Shown in pieces: positions 25,740-32,000 of a stretch of 32,000 bases of DNA. Under the pieces are notes generated by a model, which saw nothing but the letters and a program-made list of their open reading frames with translations, had not been told where the DNA came from and did not search any database. This DNA comes from Delftia acidovorans NBRC 14950. GTDB taxonomy: Bacteria > Pseudomonadota > Gammaproteobacteria > Burkholderiales > Burkholderiaceae_C. The stretch covers positions 90,001 through 122,000 of the forward strand of contig NZ_BCZP01000008.1 in assembly GCF_001598795.1 (NCBI RefSeq), in the 5' to 3' direction. Both the position numbers and the translations under genes were made by a program. The first letter of the stretch is position 1, and every line of letters begins with the position of its first letter.

Positions 25740-26771
25740 ATGGAGTCCCTTGTCCAGCGCCTGTCCCAGTCCGTGACCCAGGCGCATTCGTTGGAAGAGT
25801 TGACGCGGCCCCTGCTGCAAATGCTCGAAGAGAGCACGCATCTGGAGTCCACCTATCTCACCACCATCAACGAAGAACAGGGCCAGCAGCGCGTGCTCTA
25901 CGCACGTAACGCGAGCGAGATGCAGATTCCCGAGGGCCTGGTCGTTCCTTGGGGCGACACGCTGTGCAAGCGCGCCCTGGACGAGGGCCGCATGTACACG
26001 CCCGATGTGGGCGACTGCTGGGGAGACTCCGAGGCCGCGCGTGAACTGGGCATACGCACCTACGCCAGCGCGCCCGTGCGTTTTTCGGATGGCCAGCTCT
26101 ATGGCACGCTGTGCGCGGCCAGCAAATCCTCGCAGGCCCTGAGCAGCGAGGCCGAAGGCATGCTGCGCCTGTTCGCCAACCTGATTGCCGAGCGCGTGGA
26201 GCGCGAGCAGCTCATCGCCAGCCTGAACCGGACCAACCGGGAGCTGGCGGCGCTGGCCTTGCTGGACCCGCTGACCGGCCTGCCCAACCGGCGCTGCCTC
26301 ACCGACGAGCTGGGCCGGCTCATTGCACGCTGCGCCCGCAGCCAGGAATGCGTGGTGGTGGGCTTCATCGACCTGGACCGCTTCAAGAACGTCAACGACG
26401 AGTACGGCCACGAGGCCGGCGACGCGCTGCTGCGTGCCATGGGCGAACGCCTGTCCGCCCACCTGCGCAGCGCCGACATGCTGGCTCGCTTTGGCGGGGA
26501 CGAGTTCGTCTTCATCGGCGTGGGGCCCTTGTTCGGCAGCGAGGCCGATGCCGTGGCGCGTGAACTGCAGCAGCGCCTGTCGGATGCCTCGGCCTTCCAG
26601 GTCGATCTGCCCGATGGCAAGACGCTGGACTACGGCGGCGCCAGCGTGGGCGTGGTCTGCCTGCGGCCGGACTCCATTGACGCCGACGACGCGCTGCAAA
26701 AGGCCGATGCGGCCATGTACCGCGTCAAGATGGCGCGCAGCCGCGAAGCCAGGGGCAACGCGCTGCATTGA
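25740..26771 (+). CDS. GAF-GGDEF diguanylate cyclase
   Basis: Internal ATG at 25740 of ORF 25629..26771. N-terminal GAF-like domain, then LDPLTGLPNRR. Intact active site GGDEF (26493-26507) and I-site RSAD (26466-26477) five residues upstream. Confidence 0.9.
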   Translation: MESLVQRLSQSVTQAHSLEELTRPLLQMLEESTHLESTYLTTINEEQGQQRVLYARNASEMQIPEGLVVPWGDTLCKRALDEGRMYTPDVGDCWGDSEAARELGIRTYASAPVRFSDGQLYGTLCAASKSSQALSSEAEGMLRLFANLIAERVEREQLIASLNRTNRELAALALLDPLTGLPNRRCLTDELGRLIARCARSQECVVVGFIDLDRFKNVNDEYGHEAGDALLRAMGERLSAHLRSADMLARFGGDEFVFIGVGPLFGSEADAVARELQQRLSDASAFQVDLPDGKTLDYGGASVGVVCLRPDSIDADDALQKADAAMYRVKMARSREARGNALH

Positions 26772-26866
26772 GCCAGCCGCAGGCCTGGCCCGGCGGCCAA
26801 GACCTGTTGCTGCCTTGCTCCGGCCTGTCTCGCTGCTTCTCGCGCGCGCTCTTTTTTCTTTCCGTC

Positions 26867-28474
26867 TCAACCTGCTGCCAGCATGGGCTGCCTGCGCTGC
26901 AGCTCCACGGCGGCATGCTGATGGCCGCTTGCCGCCTCCAGCTTGAAGGCGCCCACCGTGCGCACCAGGTCGCCGGCCTGGCCGCGCAGGCTGGAGGCGG
27001 CGGCGGCCATCTCCTCCACCAGTGCCGAGTTCTGCTGGGTGGCCTGGTCCATCTGCGTGACCGCCTGGCCGATCTGCGCCACGCCCGAGCTTTGCTCGGA
27101 ACTGGCGGCGCTGATCTCGCCCATCAGATCCGTTACGCGGCGTATGGCGTCCACCACCTCGGCCATGGTCGTGCCGGCCTGGTCGGCCAGCGCGCTGCCG
27201 TTGTGCACGCGGCTGGCGCTGTCGGTGATCAGTTGCTTGATCTGCTTGGCGGCCTCGGCACTGCGGCTGGCCAGGCCGCGCACCTCGGTGGCCACCACCG
27301 CAAAGCCCCGGCCCTGTTCGCCCGCACGCGCGGCTTCCACGGCCGCGTTCAGCGCGAGGATATTGGTCTGGAAGGCAATGCCGTCGATCACATTGATGAT
27401 GTCGGCGATCTGCCGGCTGGAATCACTGATGCCGCGCATGGTGTCCACCACCTGCCGAACGACCTCGCCGCCCTGCTCGGCCACGGTGGAGGCACCCAGC
27501 GCCAGCTGGTTGGCCATCTGCGCGTTGTCGGCGTTCTGGCGCACGGTGGAGCTGAGCTGCTCCATGGAGGCGGCCGTCTGCTGCAGGGCGCTGGCCTGGC
27601 TTTCGGTGCGCGAGGACAGGTCCTGGTTGGCCTGCGCGATCTGCCCGCTGGCCGCTGCCACGCTGACCGATCCCTGGTGCACCTGGCGTACCACGCCGCG
27701 CAGCCCCTCCTGCATGGTCTGCAGCGCGCGCAGCAGCATGGACACCTCGTCCTTGCCGCGCACATCGATGTGCCGTGTCAGGTCGCCCGCCGCCACGGCA
27801 TCGGCCGTATGGATGGCCAGGCGCAGCGACCGCGCCATGTTGCGGATGATGGACCAGCCCAGCAGCACCCCGAGCAGCACGCCCGCGATGATGGAGCCCA
27901 CGGCCACGGCAAAGATCATCTGGTACAGCGACTGCGCGGCCTCGTACTCCTCCTTGGCGATGCGGGTCTGCAGGGCGGTCAGCTGCACGATCACATCACG
28001 CAGCGGCGCGTACAGCGCCTCGTCCTTGTCGATCAGCAGTTGCCGGGCCAGCGCCAGGTCCCCGGACTGCAGCGCCTGCTGGGCCGGCTTCAGAAAGCCC
28101 TGCAGGAACAGCGCGCGCACGGCCTCGAAGCGGTCGGCCAGCTGCGCCTCTTGCTCCGTCATCCGGGTCTGGCGGAACGAGGTCCAGAACTTGTTCACGT
28201 CGTTGATGTTGGTCTGTATCTCCTGCTGCTTTTGCTGCGTGTACTCGGGCAGGTGCACGGCAATGGCGCCCGAGACCGCATTGCGGTTGCGCAGTAGCAG
28301 GCGCTGCACTTCCAGCAGATCGCCCAGTGCGACCAGGCGCTCTTCATAGACCACCTTGAATCGGCGGTTGGACTCGCTGATTCCATATAGCCCAAAAGCG
28401 CCGATCACGATCATGAGCAGTGAGAGAAAACCAATCAAGGCGGTTAGGCGAGTCGATAACTTGAAATTATTCAT
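26867..28474 (-). CDS. Methyl-accepting chemotaxis protein (4HB-type sensor, HAMP, MA domain)
   Basis: N-terminal TM and four-helix-bundle-like region, HAMP, and the conserved hairpin [31 protein letters not shown]. Confidence 0.93.
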   Translation of the reverse strand: MNNFKLSTRLTALIGFLSLLMIVIGAFGLYGISESNRRFKVVYEERLVALGDLLEVQRLLLRNRNAVSGAIAVHLPEYTQQKQQEIQTNINDVNKFWTSFRQTRMTEQEAQLADRFEAVRALFLQGFLKPAQQALQSGDLALARQLLIDKDEALYAPLRDVIVQLTALQTRIAKEEYEAAQSLYQMIFAVAVGSIIAGVLLGVLLGWSIIRNMARSLRLAIHTADAVAAGDLTRHIDVRGKDEVSMLLRALQTMQEGLRGVVRQVHQGSVSVAAASGQIAQANQDLSSRTESQASALQQTAASMEQLSSTVRQNADNAQMANQLALGASTVAEQGGEVVRQVVDTMRGISDSSRQIADIINVIDGIAFQTNILALNAAVEAARAGEQGRGFAVVATEVRGLASRSAEAAKQIKQLITDSASRVHNGSALADQAGTTMAEVVDAIRRVTDLMGEISAASSEQSSGVAQIGQAVTQMDQATQQNSALVEEMAAAASSLRGQAGDLVRTVGAFKLEAASGHQHAAVELQRRQPMLAAG

Positions 28475-28567
28475 ACTGCGTCCTTTGCATGCATTGCGGA
28501 TGGTTGGTGGGTACTTGCGTTGTCAGGCCGCCCCGTGATGACTCGCATCTCTCACAACGGAATCGGT

Positions 28568-28587
28568 AATGAAAATGAGATTTCATT
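28568..28587. promoter_or_regulatory. Inverted repeat AATGAAA-n6-TTTCATT upstream of the MCP gene
   Basis: Arms at 28568-28574 and 28581-28587, about 95-115 nt upstream of the MCP start codon. Confidence 0.3.
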
Positions 28588-28690
28588 AACGGGAAATGCC
28601 CGGTCTGCACAAATGCTCACAGGCATCCGGAAACGGCGATGCTGGCTTGCTGATGGCCAGCGTGGCCAATGGCGATCCATGTTGTATTGG

Positions 28691-28712
28691 TTTGTAAACT
28701 ATTTGTTACAAA
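28691..28712. promoter_or_regulatory. Inverted repeat TTTGTAA-n8-TTACAAA in the MCP/DUF2939 divergent region
   Basis: Arms at 28691-28697 and 28706-28712, with AAACTAT occurring twice inside and beside it. Sits in an AT-rich patch within GC-rich DNA. Confidence 0.3.
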
Positions 28713-28794
28713 CTATAGTATGAATCGAATGGGCCAGGCAATACCAGTTTTTCAGGCATTGGCCTTGGCCTGATAGGGGTTCTCTGCGCATTGC

Positions 28795-28813
28795 TTCGCT
28801 ATTGTTTCGCTAT
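28795..28813. promoter_or_regulatory. Direct repeat TTCGCTAT x2 with 11-nt periodicity
   Basis: Copies at 28795-28802 and 28806-28813, about 140 nt upstream of the DUF2939 gene. One-helical-turn spacing is typical of winged-helix regulator sites. Confidence 0.25.
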
Positions 28814-28950
28814 GAAAAATACAGGCGGCAACGGCCCTGGCAGTGGCTGCGGCGCCGAACGGCCCGCCTAGAATCCGCCTTTATGCGCTGTGCATGCGCG
28901 TTCATCCGCGCTTGCGCGAGGCCCCTGGCCTGCCTTCACGAAAGAGATCC

Positions 28951-29484
28951 ATGAAACCCAAAACCCTTGCCCGCGCGCTGGCCGCCCTCTGCGTGGCTGC
29001 GGCCGGACTGCTCTACGCATCGCCCTACATCGCCCTGCACCAGATCGGCAAGGCCGTGGAGCGCCGCGATGCCCAGGCCCTGTCCGGCTACGTGGACTTT
29101 CCCGCGCTGCGCGAAAGCATCAAGGGCCAGATGATGGCCAGGCTGCAATCCCAGATGGGCGGCTCGGGCGACAGCGCCTCCAACCCCCTGGCCGGCTTTG
29201 GCCAGCAACTGGCCCAGGGCCTGGTCAGCCAGTTCACCGAGGCGCTGGTCTCGCCCGACGGCGTCATGCTCATGCTGGAAAAAGGCAAGCCCGGCAAACC
29301 CACGGACGTGGCCGCCGCAGGCGTGGGCGTGGACACCCAGGGCGGGCCGCCGCGCAAGGACTACTCAGTGGAGTACCAGGGTTGGTCCAAGGTCTTCGTG
29401 CACCCGCGCGGCGAGCCGGGCGGCTTCATCTTCCGGCGAGAAGGCCTGATGGGATGGCGGCTGGTGGCCGTGAAGATGGATTGA
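28951..29484 (+). CDS. DUF2939 family protein (signal/anchor N-terminus)
   Basis: Internal ATG at 28951 of ORF 28843..29484. MKPKTLARALAALCVAAAGLLYASPYIALHQIGKAVERRDAQALSGYVDFPALRESIKGQ matches my recollection of DUF2939. Confidence 0.7.
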   Translation: MKPKTLARALAALCVAAAGLLYASPYIALHQIGKAVERRDAQALSGYVDFPALRESIKGQMMARLQSQMGGSGDSASNPLAGFGQQLAQGLVSQFTEALVSPDGVMLMLEKGKPGKPTDVAAAGVGVDTQGGPPRKDYSVEYQGWSKVFVHPRGEPGGFIFRREGLMGWRLVAVKMD

Positions 29485-29517
29485 GGGGCGCGGGCAGGCC
29501 GCCTGCACCCCGGTCCC

Positions 29518-29742
29518 TCAGCCTTGATGCAGCACCTTCATCACATGGCGCTTGCCCAGCCGCAGCGCGCGGGCATCGGCCTCTGGCTGCGTATCGCAGG
29601 GCTGGTCATCGGTGATGGCCTCCAGGGCCTTGCCGCTGGCCACCTCCAGCAAGGTGGCGCGCGGCAGCCAGGCGCCTGGCGAGGCATCGCTGGGAAGTGA
29701 TGCGGGCGTGATCCGCACGCCCATGTAGAAAAGGCTGTCCAT
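29518..29742 (-). CDS. Hypothetical small protein (74 aa)
   Basis: Starts 21 nt downstream of the GST stop on the same strand. Roughly 80 percent G/C at third codon positions by my count, consistent with real coding in this genome. No family recognised. Confidence 0.4.
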   Translation of the reverse strand: MDSLFYMGVRITPASLPSDASPGAWLPRATLLEVASGKALEAITDDQPCDTQPEADARALRLGKRHVMKVLHQG

Positions 29743-29763
29743 GGCCTGGCGTATCCGTTCGGA

Positions 29764-30387
29764 TCAGCCTGCCAGGGGCGGGCGGGGCAGGGCCAGCCAC
29801 TGCTGGACGGCGGGGTGCTGCCACTGCCGGCGCGCATAGGCGGCCAGCGGCGCGGGCACGGCATCGCCGTTGAGCACCAGGCGGTTGAGCATCAGCGCCA
29901 GGTCCACATCGGCAATCGACCATGGGCCGGCAATGTGGTCATCTTCCGCGCGGATGAAGGCACCGGCCACCGAGAACAGCTTGCGCGCCGCGGCCTGGCC
30001 CGCATCCGACAGCGGCGTGGGCGTGGGGCGGTAGAACACCACTTCGGTGCTGCGCTCCGAGCGCAGTGCCATCAGATCGCTGCGCAGCCAGGCCTGGACC
30101 TGGCGCACACGGGCGCGCGCCTGCGCATCCTGGGGGTAGAGCGGGGCGCCGCCAAAGCGCTCTTGCAGATACTCGGAAATCGCCGACGACTCCGACAGGC
30201 TGAAGTCGCCATCCACCAGCGTGGGAACGCGCGCAGTGAGCGATGCAGCCACATAGTCCGCCCCGATGTTCTGTCCCGCCGAAAGGTCCAGCGTGCGCAG
30301 CTCGAAGTCAATCCCCTTGACCTTCAGCGCAACGAACACGGACATGGCATAGGGAGAGGCGAATTGCGAATCGGCGTAAAGCAGCAT
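29764..30387 (-). CDS. Glutathione S-transferase family protein (YfcF-like)
   Basis: Internal ATG at 30387 of ORF 29764..30558. MLLYADSQFASPYAMSVFVALKVKGIDFELRTLDL...RVPTLVDGDFSLSESSAISEYL is a thioredoxin-like GST N-domain. Confidence 0.88.
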   Translation of the reverse strand: MLLYADSQFASPYAMSVFVALKVKGIDFELRTLDLSAGQNIGADYVAASLTARVPTLVDGDFSLSESSAISEYLQERFGGAPLYPQDAQARARVRQVQAWLRSDLMALRSERSTEVVFYRPTPTPLSDAGQAAARKLFSVAGAFIRAEDDHIAGPWSIADVDLALMLNRLVLNGDAVPAPLAAYARRQWQHPAVQQWLALPRPPLAG

Positions 30388-30569
30388 GAGGGCCTTTCGG
30401 GAGACTGCATCAGTGATTGGGGCACTGATGGTAGCCGAGTGCCCGGGTCTATGGCTCAGTAGGCAGTCTGTCCCCTTGTGACTCCGGTTGTCCAAGCCAG
30501 CTTCGCCGACTGTCCCACGCCATGAGCTTTGACAGTTGACGTGTACTGCACATGGCAAGGCAGCATCGG

Positions 30570-31623
30570 TCGGAAGGCTAGGAAAACTCTTAAACTTACG
30601 ATAGCTTATTTACATGGATTTAATTGATCTATAGAATTTGCGCATAACACATTGGGGTTCGCCCCTCAAAACCATCAGTAGCCATGCGCTGACTCCAGCT
30701 GCGCCGTTCCGCTCTCTGCGGATAGTCATGCCAGAAAAAAGCCGCCTATCCTGGGATTTGGATTTTGGTGAATTTGATTCTCTGGCTCTCAACTTTTTTA
30801 ATCCGGATTTTCAGGGTCAGATTGCTTGGCCCATTTTCCCTCTTGAAGGCTGATGGGCTCATGCTTGCAGTTCATTTAAATAAGAATTTTCTTTTATTTC
30901 TGTGGGCTGATAGGCAATATTTCCGTGATTGTTAATATTTCTTGGAGGATATTATGAAAGGTTTGCTTGCTTTTTTCTTTACATTATTGATTGCGATTTT
31001 TCCCGGTGCCGTCCTTGCAAATGAAGAGGTCGTGCAGGTGAAAATATCCACCAATTTCAAAGGTGAGGTGGTGAAAAGAAGTGCCGTCGTAGGTTTGGGA
31101 GAATCGATAAAGCTCACATCCAGTCAAGGAGGAATGATTGTCGCCATAGAATATGTAATAAGAACTATTCAAGTGAATGGTCTTAAAAATTACAGCATAT
31201 CTGCGACTTTATATTCGGGTGTGGAGAGCGCTGAAGCCTGGTTGTCCAGGCGTGATGTTTTTGCGGTTGTTGAAAAATCAGTTCCTGCCTTTTTCAAATT
31301 GGATGATTCATCTGACGAGATGCAGGTCGAGGTGACCATCGCCGATATCCGTGAAGAAGAGGAATATTTGAAAAATATGCCTAGAAAAATTTGCGATTTG
31401 AGCTTGGAAAGTCCTAAGCTCCTGAAGTCTCAGACTGCATCAGGAACTTATGGCTGTTGTGATATCCGCTGCCAATCAGTTAATGGAACTTGTTGTGGCG
31501 CAATTATGTGCTGTCTCAGGGATCCAGATAGCTATCCTGCGTGGCAGCATGATATTGCTAATGATTGCTGCTGTTATCCACCTCAGTATTAAGCAAAGAT
31601 AGTTTGAAAAAATCATCCACTAT
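30570..31623. other. AT-rich compositional island (probable horizontally acquired DNA)
   Basis: Hand counts of single 60-nt lines: 19/60 G+C at 30601-30660 and 24/60 at 30961-31020, against 47/60 at 29761-29820 in the adjacent GST gene. Bounded on the right by an IS481-type transposase remnant. Confidence 0.7.
30954..31592 (+). CDS. Secreted protein of unknown family with a very Cys-rich C-terminal tail
   Basis: ATG at 30954 with GGAGGA (30944-30949) upstream. Signal peptide MKGLLAFFFTLLIAIFPGAVLA/NEE. A 640-nt open frame in AT-rich DNA is unlikely by chance. The last 47 residues hold 10 Cys: CC-x3-C-x6-CC-x4-CC-x17-CCC. Confidence 0.7.
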   Translation: MKGLLAFFFTLLIAIFPGAVLANEEVVQVKISTNFKGEVVKRSAVVGLGESIKLTSSQGGMIVAIEYVIRTIQVNGLKNYSISATLYSGVESAEAWLSRRDVFAVVEKSVPAFFKLDDSSDEMQVEVTIADIREEEEYLKNMPRKICDLSLESPKLLKSQTASGTYGCCDIRCQSVNGTCCGAIMCCLRDPDSYPAWQHDIANDCCCYPPQY

Positions 31624-32000
31624 CTAGTTGCAAACCGTCAAGAGGTTATTTGCAAATTTGAACCTGGACATCGAAGCGATGTGAACGATACCGCTGTGCG
31701 ACCTGTGCCTGTGGTAGTAGTGCTGACAGCTCGCCAGGGCATTGGCTCGCTCGGCTGAGTTCTGATACGTCCACCCATAGGCCCACTCGCGCAGCGCCGA
31801 TTGGATGAACCGCTCGGCCTTGCCATTGGTTACGGCCGATACGGCTTGGTGAACTTGTGCGGCGCACCCAAGGCTATACAGGCCGCAGGAAAATCCTTGG
31901 ACCAGAAAGCTGCGCCGTTGTCAATTAGCAATCGTTTGAGGAGCACTCCCAGTTGCGCCTAGTGCGCCACCGTGCTGTGCAGGAACGCGATGGTTTCGTG
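31624..32000 (-). pseudogene. IS481-family transposase gene remnant (3' part; continues beyond the window)
   Basis: My minus-strand translation gives ...LLIDNGAAFWSKDFPAACIALGAPHKFTKPYRP then, one frame over, TNGKAERFIQSALREWAYGWTYQNSAERANAL...HYYHRHRSHSG...NNLLTVCN*. This is the DDE C-terminal signature of IS481-type integrases. It is broken by an in-frame TAG (31959-31961) and a frameshift near 31830-31832. Confidence 0.75.

Noticed and set aside
28520-28723. A 67-aa ORF in the MCP/DUF2939 intergenic region.
   Set aside because: It has no RBS, its composition is atypical, and it spans the repeat motifs that look regulatory. A small RNA or operator region is more likely than a protein.
30445-30475. 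A tRNA-like string (atggctcagtaggcag) near the edge of the AT-rich island, considered as a possible tRNA integration site.
   Set aside because: No acceptor stem, D-stem partner, anticodon arm or T-arm (GTTCRANYC) can be built around it. It lies in the GST promoter region.
30610-30853. Two overlapping short ORFs in the island leader: 60 aa on the minus strand at 30610..30792 and 71 aa on the plus strand at 30638..30853.
   Set aside because: Neither has an RBS or recognisable motifs, the two overlap each other, and both lengths are close to chance expectation. They may be debris of an older gene, but I cannot support a call.
1-32000. Searched for CRISPR arrays, rRNA/tRNA genes, prophage or conjugation modules, and classical defence or toxin-antitoxin gene pairs.
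   Set aside because: I could see no regularly spaced direct repeats, no rRNA-like or cloverleaf-forming segments, and no phage, integrase or TA-type proteins. The only exception is the decayed IS481 transposase at the right edge.

Overview
High-GC chromosomal segment. Protein sequences and gene order suggest a Comamonadaceae-type betaproteobacterium, but that is inference only. I call about 29 coding genes.

Left third: the 3' part of a ChpA/CheA-type hybrid kinase and a class I photolyase. These are followed by a tightly packed housekeeping string: yqgE, ruvX, pyrR, pyrB, a non-catalytic pyrC', an acyltransferase and a GNAT gene.

Middle: a SiaA/SiaB/SiaC-like phosphatase-kinase-phosphoprotein operon with no cyclase gene. 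Next come an FbpC/FbpB-type ABC ATPase and permease arranged divergently with no binding-protein gene. Then a purine cluster (LysR regulator, 8-oxoguanine deaminase, NCS2 permease), an ArsC-family protein and a DegP/MucD protease.

Right third is a signalling neighbourhood. It starts with a soluble ABC-type ATPase fused to a Cys-based dual-specificity phosphatase, followed by a Roadblock/LC7-like protein. After these come an OmpR-type response regulator, a QseC-type kinase, a GAF-GGDEF cyclase and an MCP. The window then has a DUF2939 gene, a small ORF and a GST gene.

It ends in a sharply AT-rich island of about 1 kb. The island encodes a secreted protein with a very cysteine-rich tail and abuts a decayed IS481-type transposase gene that runs off the window.

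I found no rRNA, tRNA or CRISPR array.

Best candidates for something undescribed, in order:
1. The ABC-ATPase/phosphatase fusion plus Roadblock gene pair.
2. The orphan cytoplasmic SiaABC-like switch.
3. The AT-rich island protein.

All family assignments come from reading motifs by eye. No database search was run.
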